Positions 38,609-51,002 of a DNA stretch of 64,000 nt are shown one piece after another. Both the position numbers and the translations under genes were made by a program. This DNA is from Octopus sinensis (Eukaryota). Positions within the stretch are counted from its first letter, which is position 1. The number at the start of each line of letters is the position of its first letter. The notes under the pieces were generated by a model. It saw nothing but the letters and a program-made list of their open reading frames with translations. It ran no database searches and was not told where the DNA came from. The DNA lies in NCBI RefSeq assembly GCF_006345805.1, contig NC_043003.1:36518001-36582000 (forward strand). The letters are read 5' to 3'.

Positions 38609-39540
38609 TAGTAGTAGTAGTAGAAGAAGAAGAAGAAGAAGACGCAAATGCGTATAACCTACATAGTTATTGTAACTTTGCCTATGTAGTTAGTGGCGGC
38701 ACTTGAGACAGACGTGTCGACGCCTGACTTTCTAATAGTGGCGGTGGTATTGGCGGTGGCGGTGGTGGTGGTGGTGGTGGTAGCTGATGATGTTGATGAT
38801 CATGATGGTCAAGATGATGATGGTGATGTTAATGACGATAACGATGATGATGATGATGATAATCATGTTTGTGACAGTGTTGACATGTGAAGGAGAAGGA
38901 TGACAGCATATATGTTCATTGTGAGTCAAGAGAAATACGACGAAAATGATTACAGCGGTAGTGATAGTAGTAGTAGTAGTGGTGGTGGTGGTAGTGGTGG
39001 TGGTGGTGGTGGTGATGGTGGTGGTATTGGTGGTGGTGGTGGTGGTGGTGTTGGTGGTGGTGGTGGTGGTGGCGGTGGAGGTGTTGGTGGTGGTGGTGGT
39101 GGTGGTGGTAGTGGTGGTGGTGTTGGTGATGGTACTCTTGGTAGTGGTCTTGGTAGTCGTGGTGGTCGTGGTGGTCATGGAGGTTGTGATGATTACAGCG
39201 GTAGTGATAGTAGTAGTAGTAGTAGTGGTGGTGGTGGTAGTGGTGGTGGTGCTGGTGGTGGTGGTGGTGCTGGTGGTGGTGGTGGAGGTGTTGGTGGTGG
39301 TGGTGGTGGTGGTGATAGTGGTGGTGGTGTTGGTGATGGTACTCTTGGTAGTGGTCTTCGTAGTCGTGATGGTCGTGGTAGTCATGGAGGTTGTGATTTT
39401 GGTGTCGGCGACAGCGACCACAACGGCAACATCCAAGCGAAATATGACGGTGATGGTGATGATGATGACGATGATAATAATGATGATGATGATGATGATG
39501 ATGATTAAGTGGATGGTCACGACGATGAGTGTGATGATGA
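38270..39540. repeat. Compound trinucleotide patchwork (AGA/AGT/GGT/GAT) with an internal tandem duplication of about 242 bp
   Basis: GATTACAGCGGTAGTGATAGT occurs at 38948 and 39190; GGTACTCTTGGTAGTGGTCTT also occurs twice. Confidence 0.92.
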
Positions 39541-39894
39541 TGAGGTTCTTAATTAGAAGAACAACATTTTGTGAGGACGATAGCAGCGTTTATTATAGCA
39601 GTACGAAGATGATGGTCAGGAGCTTTGCATTGACTATTTCAATGTTTATTTGTAGATGACGTTCTGATAATGAGAAATGGAAGTTTTACTTTAATTTAAT
39701 ACACCTGCGCACACATACTTGATTGCATCAGAATATATAGGTGAGGTCATAACTTTCAAACTCAGTATGGTTCTTGCTATTCATTCATACTGTATAGCTA
39801 AGACTCGACCTTATTCAAGCTGGTCTATAATCAAAAACATTCAAGATCTAGGCACTTCGTTAACTAGGCAACTTTTCGACAACGTTATACTATA

Positions 39895-40114
39895 CAGGGT
39901 GGCCCAAAAGTAGATTTACACTTATCCAACTATCTCTTTCGCATTCATAAATATATCAACAGTTTAGCTCTTAATTATAAAATATGTGAATTTGGTTACT
40001 TTTGTGAAGCTCACTTTTCAGTTTCTAAAACAGAAATTTAAATGTAATAAAATGTTTTAAAAGAAATTTAAAGTCCCTATGTGATAAATGTAAAGCTACT
40101 TTTGGGTAACCCTG
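39895..40114. mobile_element. 220-bp Tc1/mariner-type MITE
   Basis: 32-bp TIRs match at 28 of 32 positions (CAGGGTGGCCCAAAAGTAGATTTACACTTATC; 39895-39926 and 40083-40114). TA TSD at 39893-39894 and 40115-40116. Confidence 0.88.
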
Positions 40115-40225
40115 TATATCCTTACCTTTTACAAAGTGCAAGTGTACGATTAAAAGAAATATGTTTTTAAACTTCTAACGGGTGTAGCGAATACGTAGAA
40201 TATCTAATAGTAGAAATGTATCATT

Positions 40226-40375
40226 GGCAGCGAGGTGGCAGAATCATTAGCACACCGGACAAAATAGTTGGTGGCATTTGTTACATCTTTAGGTTGTCTT
40301 CAAATTCTGCCGATGTCACTTTGTCTTTCATCCTATCGGATTGATTGAATCACCGACCAGTTGAGCACTGGTATC
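40226..40375 (+). mobile_element. Degenerate SINE (family of 57351)
   Basis: GGCAGAATCATTAGCACACCGG head, CAAATTCTGCCGA.GTC, ACCAGTTGAGCACTGG. Confidence 0.7.
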
Positions 40376-40449
40376 ATTGCAATGGAGTAGTCCTGTCCCA
40401 AAAGATTTCAGGCTTTGTGCCTATAGGATATATTATTAATTTAAAAGGA

Positions 40450-41143
40450 ACTGGTCCGGAATCGGAATAGAAGTTTTGATCCAGGTAAAAGCAGTATCCC
40501 TGGACAAGGTCCCCAACTTTATCCTACTGCCCATGTCGTGGTGGAAGGCAGAAAGCCAAGGTGCTACACTTGTGGGTCTAATGTCCATTTGAAGGGCGGT
40601 TGTTCACAAAATCAACAAAATGTAGCTCGAGAAACGGCGGCTCTGCAACCATTACCACCACAAGAAGGTCAAAATGTGCAACAACAATCAATGCAACAAC
40701 AGCCATTAAAGCAACATGTTTCAAAAGCTGAATCTCACCACCACAATGGGACCAACAAGTGTAGCGGTGTAAACAAGCAATGCCCGACCATCGTTACAGG
40801 CGGGCGGCATAGATACACCACATACTCCAGATACGGGTGATTCAGAAGCCTTATCATACGACTAAATCCGCCAAGAAGAGCCTGTGTTGGGGAAAAGCGA
40901 AAAAATAGTTCCATAAAAGGCTGTCCTAATCTGAAAGTGAAAAGACAGGACGAGGAAACTTCAACTAATTCATCAGCTACACTAACAACACCGACACACC
41001 CACCCATGGGGAAAAGTCCTATCGATGCGGTGACGCTCATGAGTGTGGGAGAGATAGAGAGTGAGGGACGTCATCAGAACATATTGCAAGGTGGAGTGAC
41101 CGTAAAGCGCTCTGTCACCTCCTTACAGAACAACAAACGATAA
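40450..41143 (+). mobile_element. LINE ORF1 remnant with CCHC zinc knuckle (L1/Tx1-like)
   Basis: HVVVEGRKPRCYTCGSNVHLKGGC contains C-x2-C-x4-H-x4-C, followed by a Q-rich low-complexity tail with frameshifts. Confidence 0.7.
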
Positions 41144-41233
41144 GTCTGTTCCTAACATAAGTAACAATGAATTTATTCAAAAACGGAATATTTCAACAAA
41201 GATTCCTTGCAAAGCATTTCCATCCACAACATC

Positions 41234-41575
41234 AATGGTTAGGCAGCGGACTCGCGGTCGGAGGATTACGGTTTCGATTCCCAGACCGGGCGTTGTGTGT
41301 GTTTATTGAGCGAAAACACCTAAAAGCTCCACGATGCTCCGGCAGGGGGGTGGGGGCGTCGACCCCTGTTGTACTCTTTCGCTCCAACTTTCTCTCACTC
41401 TTCCTTCCTGTTTCTTGTCACCGCCTTCCTACGCAACCGCTGAACCTGGATGCGCATTCATCCATCCGTCGATGCTCTCGGTGTCGGGGATTGACCTGCT
41501 TTCTCTTCTGCCGGTCTTACGAATAGCAAAGGACCTCGTTTCGGACTTCTCTCGCTACAGAAGGCCGCTACGCTC
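41234..41575 (+). mobile_element. SINE (family of 22488-22870), divergent 3' part
   Basis: GCAGCGGACTCGCGGTCG...GGTTTCGATTCCCAGACC...TTTATTGAGCGAAAACACCTAAAGCTCCACGA is shared with the 22.5-kb copy. Confidence 0.85.
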
Positions 41576-42499
41576 AACGTCAACATCAACATCAACATAA
41601 TCAGCAACATCAACAAGAATAACTCAGAATTTGAAGTGAAACAGAAATTTAAAAAAAAACTATCATAGCTCCCACAATATCACCAACGATAAAAACGTAA
41701 GCAACAACAGTTATTCGTATATGATTAGACAAGCATGAATATCGACACAGGGAAGAATATGTTCCACAAATATAGGAGCAAAAACAGCTACAGTAGCAAC
41801 AACATCAATGATAACACCACCACCACCAAAAACAACAACAAAAGTGGCAATGACGAAAGAACAAATAATCTAGTACAACGGTGATTATAGATATCAGCTT
41901 CTCTTTTGCTAGTGCCACCAACTTCTCTTTTCAAAGAGCAAACTCTTCTGATAAAGAAATAAAAAAGGCCAGACACTTGGTCGAGCGAGATGAACTAACT
42001 ATTTAATGTAACACTTGAGTCCACGCCATACAAAACACCGTACGTCTTTTAGGGACGCACCGCACTATTGGATTAAAGGCAACAAGATGGAAAGGCCCAC
42101 CAAGACTCAAATCTGGAAGAGCGCTAGTTTCTGTTTGGAAGCTAAAACAATATACGAAAAGCGGAAGAAGTTATGGAACAAAGGAAGGAAGAACCGAAAC
42201 AGAGGAGGAAGCATAAACTCACTCTCTAAAATACAAGAAAATTGAGATCTCTTGTTGGTTCCTTAATACGACGGTCAGAATCTCGCAAGAATTCACATCG
42301 AGCACCAATCCGTCACAAACATTTCGAACACCAGTACAACCACCAACACCACAAACACAAACCAACCCACTTACACATCTACAACAACAACAGCAACAAC
42401 CAAAAAGTAGGCATAGAGTAAAGAAATTATACCACGAACTATACGACGATAATCACAAACACGCAAACTTCGTGAATTACATAAAGCACACACAAACGT

Positions 42500-42950
42500 C
42501 ACAAAGAGAGATTTTATAACACTCGTAGTGCCCATACCCCTACAGCACGACCACATTTCTTCAGGCATCTGAAAGCATTTTTGGCAACGTCCCGCTACCT
42601 TTGTGTTAGTGGGCGACTGGAGAGGGACCTTAAATGCACGCTGAGATTCTGTGGTCTTATCAGACAGAGGAGAAATGTGCAAAATCCTTGCAAAACTCTT
42701 CAGCAGATTCCAATTATTTAACAGGTGTCGAAAGAATTTCCCATATGTGTCAGTGTGGTCCTGGCCAAATACAATCTGGTCAAACAGATCGCATCTAGAA
42801 AGAGTATTTTGTAGACAAGCAGATAAGGATAGCGTAGATTGTTCACACTTTACAGTAATCTATTACACAGACAATAAATTTGTGATTTGCATAGTCAAGC
42901 AAGATATGCAATTGAATGCATCCTTCCGGCACGAAAAACTTCCAAAAACC
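42500..42950 (+). mobile_element. L1/Tx1-type ORF2 AP-endonuclease remnant
   Basis: Across frameshifts: PTARPHFFRHLKAFLATS..VLVGDW..DLNAR.D...FSRFQL...VSVWSW..WSNRSHLERVFCR..DKDSVDCSHF..YTDNKFVIC, matching the APE motifs GD.N, LDR and SDH. Confidence 0.65.
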
Positions 42951-43079
42951 GGATTAGTGGACAAAAACAAGTAGTGACTCACCCGGAAAAAGTGCGATTA
43001 AAATAGAATAGATAAGGTAATAATGATGATGATGATGATGATGATGATGATAAAACTAGCAAAATTATAAAACCGCTAA

Positions 43080-43725
<646 letters not shown>

Positions 43726-45559
43726 ATACCAACAGTAACTTCGTTTTGACGCTGATACTGAAACTGGGCACGTTTGTTTATTCTGTTGTTGTTGTTGTTG
43801 TCGTCGTCGACGACGTTGTCATCATCCCATCCTGATAATTATTTCAGATGGTCAGGCGTCTTTGCTTCGCTCGTTCTTTTGAAAATACATTCATTTATAT
43901 TTTTTTTATCATACATTTACTTACTTTTAAACATTATTTCCTCTCACAGGGGAGTGGGAAGAATAGAGCATTTAATTGTTGTTAAAATGCACTTGAGAGC
44001 AGCCCTAGTATAGGAACAGTAATAAAGACAAAAGATTTACCAACAATTTCGCGAGAATATTACCGACTACAACAGCCACCTGAGTTGGCTGGTAGAACGG
44101 CCGAAATGTTGGGATTCTAAAAACTATGGTGAATACACTAGTCCGAATATATCAGTGTAAAATTCTTTAAAGCAATAGGCTACAATTTAAAATAGATGAC
44201 TCTGCTATTTCTAGCAGGTCGAAAGGCCACTTAGAGCTTCCCACGGCGCCTCATCCAATTAAGTGCATCTCCGAGAAGACGCTACACACTAAGTTTACAA
44301 ACAATCACCAATTGCATCTTTTTTCTGTCTCTTTTATTATATTTGCGTTCATTCTTTTTCTGTATCTCGTGTGTCAATAATATAGATTCAACATGTATTA
44401 AAACGAATATGTTTGACATTATTAGACAATTAAATTGGTTCAAATGTCAGGGTAAAAAGAAATGACATCAATAAATTACTTACGAGAAGGAACGTGAAAT
44501 TTATGCAAAAGCAAATACCTAGATGATTTGAACCTAACAAATAACATCGCATGTTGATGTTGTTTTGCCTTTTTCCCTATCTCCAAATAATTAGAGCTGA
44601 TTTAAAACAGTGAGTCATAGTAACCGAAACCACTCTATTTTTTCTGTCTTCTTTTGACGTGTTTTCTTTTCTCTTCTTTTTTTTTCTTTGAGTTTTGTAA
44701 AATACTACCTTGTCAAGGAACTTTTTGCCGGTAATTTGTACGGTGGGTTTTGCCGAACAAGCGAAATTTAATGGTGATTCATGAATTCACCAGTAAATGC
44801 TTCACTACACACATTTACCATATCTCTTCCTAGTAATAATATAAATGATTGTGCTGTTGTTTTTTTGCCGCGGGTCACCTCCAATCAAACCGTTTCATCT
44901 GTGACCATCCTGATAAATTTTCAAGATGGTAGCTTGTTGTCTATGGGAGAATTCACTGTTAACACTAACAGGTCGAGCGAAAGTACAAATGCTTCGTCGT
45001 GAGATCCTAATTATAGATTTCTAGCATAGGTACAAGGTTGAAGATTTATAGTTAGAAATGGGTGTATCTTTTCTGATTTAGGATATGGTTACGCAGCCGT
45101 AAAACGGAATAAAGAACATGTTTGATATATGAATCATTACGGACGTCAGCAAGCTTCTGTATTTGTATCCCAAGACATATCGATTATTTTATACAACTCT
45201 GTCTTATCTCAGCCTCTGATCCGTTTTCTCATACACTGTTAGCATACGCTAGCATGGCTTTATATTTTTTTGTAATAACAAAGAAGACTTCTGATGATAT
45301 TCCATTCGTAGTAAATTAACAATGTAATAATAGCTATGAAAAGCGAATATAGAATGAGAGAAAAAAATAGCGTTGTATTTGCAAAGCCCTTATGAGAAGA
45401 AATAGAAATAGAAATAACTGGTTCAATTCCATGAAATGTGATGCAGCAGCAAAATGGTATCAACAGGTCGCAGAATTGGACTATAAAGAAACAGTAATAT
45501 TAATATCAAATTTCGGTACAAAGCCATCTATTTTGGAGGAGTGGTTATGTCGATTACAT

Positions 45560-45960
45560 GAACACTCAGTATTCAGCTGGGTACTTATTTTATCGAGTCC
45601 AAAAGAATGACAGGGAATTAAGGGGGGTTATATCGACCCAGTGCATAACTGGTACTTATTTAATCGACCCCGAAAGGATAAAATGCAAAGTCTACCTCGG
45701 CGGAATTTGAACTCGGAGCGTAACGGCAGATAAAATACATATTTCTTTACTACCCACAGGGGGCTAAACACAGAGAGGACAAACAAGGACAGACAAACGG
45801 ATTAAGTCGATTATATCGACCCCAGTACGTAACTGATCCTTAATTTATCGACCCCGAAAGGATGAAAGACAAAGTCGACCTCGGTGGAATCTGAACTCAG
45901 AACGTAGCGGCAGACGAAATACCGCTAAGCATTTCGTCCTGTGTGGTAATGATTTTGCTA
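45560..45960 (-). mobile_element. Multimeric SINE, two bodies plus a partial third
   Basis: Repeated GGTACTTATTT.ATCGACCCCGAAAG units and a junction GTGGGTAGTAAAGAAATATGTATTT. Confidence 0.82.
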
Positions 45961-46374
45961 CCTCACAACCATAAGAAACTTTAATATTATGAATAAAGAT
46001 CATGTGTAGACTGAAGAAATTCGAAGTACGATGTCTTGGAACAGCGGAATTGCTCTGAGAAAGAAAGCATAAGTACAATTTTGTGGAGATATAAGGAAAT
46101 ACTGGTTTAGTAGAAAACACTAAGTTTTGAACAGGGATTAAGATATTTTGCATAATCAAAACTGATTTAAAGAAATTGCTATATTATTCTGTTTTTGCTC
46201 CGATTAATACAATTATTTTCTCATGTCAGCTCTTTTCAAGCAGACATAACATTTCAAGGGGTATGTAAGTAAAATACAAGTAAATTTGTTTCAAAATTTT
46301 CTTCTAGTACATTCAACAGTTAGCGAGCATAGAATTCTTAGGTATATAATCTTTTAATACGTATGAGGCTTACA

Positions 46375-46570
46375 AGCCAGTGAGCTGGCAAAATCGTTAG
46401 CAAGTCGAGCAAACTGATCAGCAGCATTTCGCTTGTTTTTATGTTCTGAGTTCAATTTTCACCGAGAGCGATTTTATCTTCTCGGGGCCGATAATATGAA
46501 TACCAGTTGAGCACTTGGGTTGATGTAATCCACGTACCCCGAACTTGCTGTCCTTTGTCAAAAATTTGAT
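46375..46570 (+). mobile_element. Degenerate SINE (family of 57351)
   Basis: GTGAGCTGGCAAAATCGTTAGCA head, GTTCTGAGTTCAA, ACCAGTTGAGCACT. Confidence 0.72.
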
Positions 46571-48518
46571 ACCAATACGTATCAAAGGCAATATGGATCA
46601 AAGGCAAAATTTGGAAACGTCACTCACTAGAAATGGAATTAATGAACAGAATAATGCTAATGAAAGAATCTCAATGCTGATTCATAATTATCTGATCAGA
46701 ATGCAAACAGATTCATTACAAGTTGTAATACGATTTCTAGGATGGTTTCTTCATAGATTACACAAACGGTCGGTTGCTGTAGGAAACCAAACCAACATTT
46801 TTCAGAAATATAATTTTTCTGAACACTAGACATATTGCGAAGAGTATAAAATGATTATTGATCGATGTTTTTTCTATTCTATATACCAATTCAGTCAAAA
46901 CAGAAGATAACTATGATAACATGCATTCCCGTTTTCATCAACCTGTCTTTTTATCTGACTTAGAGTATATCAATATCCAGTGTCTCACCTTTAAGATGAT
47001 TTCTTGCATTTTAAGGAAGGCTTGAATACTGTTTCTACTAGAATACTCTATAAAATAGAGGCTCGAATTGATAATTTAACGCATTATAAATTATCAGAAA
47101 AAATTTCTAATGACATTAACTACCGTCACATCACCATTCAATTCAGAAAGGTTACAGAAGTACACATTCTTACGTAGGAGGTGTACTCAATTAATATGGA
47201 TACCAGTACTTGACTGGAATTCATTTTATTGAACCCGGGAGAATAAAAGAGGAAAGACGTCTCCTGAAGGATTCGAACTCAGAAGATAAGGACTGTAAAT
47301 ATCTAAATACTATACTGGGCATTTTCGGTGCTCAAACCCATCCTTAGTTTCTCGAATAGAGTAGTCTATAACAATAATATTAACGGGAATGAATGTAGTT
47401 ATGTCAGCAACCTCATGCATCTTAGGCGAAAAGCTTGTCAAAAAGGATGTAAGCAATCGGAATCCAACACAAATATCGGATGAAGATCTTTACAAAGTTG
47501 GAGCGGAGTCACGTCCCAAAAATGAAATAGAGAAGTAGATTTCATGTGAATTATAACATATAAAGCCTTAAGTCAGTTATAGTTTTGCATAATATATTAG
47601 TCTCCCGCTTATTTTATGACTTCACTAGCTACAGACATTTATTGTTATTGAATATATAATGGAAATTAAAGACAAAAAGTGCTCAGTTACTGGTATTTCA
47701 CTGCCTGTGTTTTTCCACTAGTATCTGCTTTTCATACAGTAGTTAGCATTCAGAATAGAACTATGTATATTACTTTTGCTTTTCATATACACGCAAATAC
47801 GTAGTTATTTCTTTGCTTCTACATATATGTGTATATATCCACGTATCTTCTTAACAAATAGCACAGGTATGTAAACATGAACATACATACATACACATAT
47901 ATATATGTGAGTGTGTGTTTAAGCACACAACATTCACTGAGAGAGAGAGAGAGAACGAGAGATGGAGAGAGATAAGTATCCCACCATTACCCAAATTATA
48001 CTCGTTTATTTCATATTTCAATGAATTTGTAAAGTTATTAAAAGATGACGGATTTATTATAAAGGTGACCTTTTAATATCCAAGTGACTCGATGATAGTT
48101 TTCTTTTAATTCGATCGTTGTTTGGACCAGTGATGCGACATTTACTTGAAGAAGACTGCAAATTGATCTGTCAAAACAGTGTAGATATGTCACAAACAAC
48201 TGCGAATATTGTGAGGATTCTTCACGCTCTCAGTACACTATACAGAAACAAGATACATTTTGCTCTGGAGACAGAAATGTTTTGATTTTATGTAGAATGT
48301 CAACATATTCCATTAAGTTCTTTATTAATATGTTGGTTGTCTGGCTGATAGAGAATGGAGCCATTCTTTAATCGATATTTTACACATGACAATACTAGAT
48401 CAATCGGTAAAATAGTAAACATGTTTGCCACGTCATGTCACGTCACCGCTCACAAGAGAATTCTAATACACAGCTTCAGTATGTGCAACGTATTTATACT
48501 AACTTAAATACACCATCT

Positions 48519-48519
<1 letters not shown>

Positions 48520-48562
<43 letters not shown>

Positions 48563-48806
48563 CACACACACACAAACACACACACACAGACACAAACACA
48601 CACACACAGACACAAACACACACACACACACACATATGTAGAAATATATATATTTCTACACATACATTCCTTCATACATATATTTGCATATGTACGTAAT
48701 AGGCATGTATACATATTTGTGCATGTATATATATATATATATATGTGTATGTGTGTGTGTATACCATATATGTACCCCATATATATATACATATATATAT
48801 ATATAC

Positions 48807-48845
<39 letters not shown>

Positions 48846-49065
48846 CACACACACACAAACACACACACACAGACACAAACACACACACACACATATGTAG
48901 AAATATATATATTTCTACACATACATTCCTTCATACATATATTTGCATATGTACGTAATAGGCATGTATACATATTTGTGCATGTATATATATATATATA
49001 TATGTGTATGTGTGTGTGTATACCATATATGTACCCCATATATATATACATATATATATATATAC

Positions 49066-49099
<34 letters not shown>

Positions 49100-49100
49100 G

Positions 49101-49120
<20 letters not shown>
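48520..49120. repeat. Tandem duplication of a compound microsatellite unit of about 259 bp
   Basis: The anchor G of TATGTAGAAAT falls at 48638 and 48897. The unique spacer GTACGTAATAGGCATG and GTACCCCAT each occur twice. Confidence 0.9.
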
Positions 49121-49140
<20 letters not shown>

Positions 49141-49141
49141 A

Positions 49142-49218
<77 letters not shown>

Positions 49219-49314
49219 CTATATATACATATATACAAATATCTGCGCGTGTGTATTTGTATGTATGTGAGTGTGCGCGTGTGTATTTTTACGGGGGGAC
49301 CACCGCGCGAAAGC

Positions 49315-50217
49315 TGTTACGGAATCCCTCACACAGGCCCAATCGATCAGCGAATATTCGCCACGGAAACTCGGAGAGGAGAGAGACAACAGCAACAGCA
49401 GCAGCCGCAAGAGACACAAAGGCAACCGAGAGAGACACAAAGAAGGCAATTGGCTTACATTTAACGTACTAGTTTATAACACTTTATAATTGTTACAACA
49501 TCAATTACATATCAAATACATCAAAGAGGAAATACATGCAAGTAACAACACATCAAATGCAATAACAACAGCATTTAAAGAGTACACGTCGAATTAAACA
49601 ACATTATACAGTCCGGTGACAACAGTTCTGTTTCAAATCACAGTAACGTTACAGTTCAAAGGACATTAAAGGCATATACAGTTCAATGTTCATTAAATTC
49701 TTTTCAACAACTCTGTACACAATGTCTTTACACAGTTCTCTCTAGCCTTTTCTTTATAACCATCAACAACATAAACAATGTTCTTTTTACTGTCTCATTT
49801 CTTTTACATTTCAATACATCGATTCTTTTTCCTTCTTTTTCTTCACATATCAATACAACAATTCACGTACCGTACTTCCTCTCTATCAGCCGCCTAATCC
49901 TCCGTATATCTCTCTCTCTGTCACAGCAGAACAAACCAACTGCTAAAATCCAAACTGCCGACCGTCAAATCCAACTTGCTAACCGCTTGCCCTGAATTCC
50001 AAAATGCTAACCGTTCGCCCTGACTCCCAAATGCCGACTGCTAAAACCAACTTGCTCTGTCCTCGACTGCCTTGTCACTACCCCAATCTCTCTCTGTCGG
50101 AACTCCCTCAGTTCCTTAATCTGTCTTCCTCAGCCCTCAACATTTCTCTCACTGTCTCTCACAAACTGAACTCTAATTCACCTGACAGGGCCAAAAGCCA
50201 TCACTCTTCCGTGAACA
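49315..50217 (-). mobile_element. Probable solo LTR, about 900 bp
   Basis: TG...CA termini with a short inverted repeat (TGTTACGGAA / TTCCGTGAACA) and near-TSD AAGC / AAGG. Non-coding, with strand-skewed LTR-like composition. No PBS recognised; strand and the right boundary are uncertain. Confidence 0.45.
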
Positions 50218-50770
50218 AAGGACTATAACTTTGTATTGTAGACTTTCAGTCTCCAAGCCAGTAAAGTAGGGCAAGAAGTACTGCACCAGCTGAACCATTC
50301 ACAACAGTATAAACATATGCCTGCCTCTCATATATGAGTTTGACCTTCTATCAACACGCTGTCAAACCTTCCAACTTACACCCAATGGGCATCGAAGATG
50401 TGATACCTATAGAGATATAAATTTGTACCGGCACAAGATAACGAAAAGCGAAGTAGATTTTGAACTCAAAACATAAGAATGAACGAAATACTCGGCATGA
50501 TAACGATTCCGCTAGCTCACCCCCTTAAATCTAGAACACATATTGCAACGCATTCCATTCGACTCTTTAGTGATTCTACTACAGATGGTATACTATTGAA
50601 CGCTATCAGGATACTATCTGCAGATTTCGCTGAATAGCAACAGCAAAGCAACATTTAGTAACCATATAAATGCCATTTAGGAATATCTATTAAAATACTT
50701 AAAAGTCCTGTCGATTAGAAAAATATATTCAAATATTTATCTATATGATGACTTATACATGTATATATAT

Positions 50771-51002
50771 TTCTTTACTGCCCACAAGGGGCTAAACATA
50801 GAGGGGACAAACAAGGACAGACGAAGGGATTCAGTCGATTATATCGCCCCCAGTGCGAAACTGGTACTTTATTTATCGACCCCGAAAGCATGAAAGGCAA
50901 AGTTGACCTCGGCGGAATTTGAACTCAGAACATAGCGACAGACGAAATACCGCTAAGCATTTCATCCAGCGCGCTAACGTGTCTGCCAGCTCGCCGCCTG
51001 TA
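50771..51002 (-). mobile_element. Complete monomeric SINE with 17-bp TSD
   Basis: TATACATGTATATATAT at 50754-50770 and 51003-51019. Head GGCGAGCTGGCAGA and tail GTGGGCAGTAAAGAA. Confidence 0.9.

Noticed and set aside
44709-44910. Possible minus-strand exon ending in AAG|GTAGTA
   Set aside because: All frames contain stops from each plausible acceptor.
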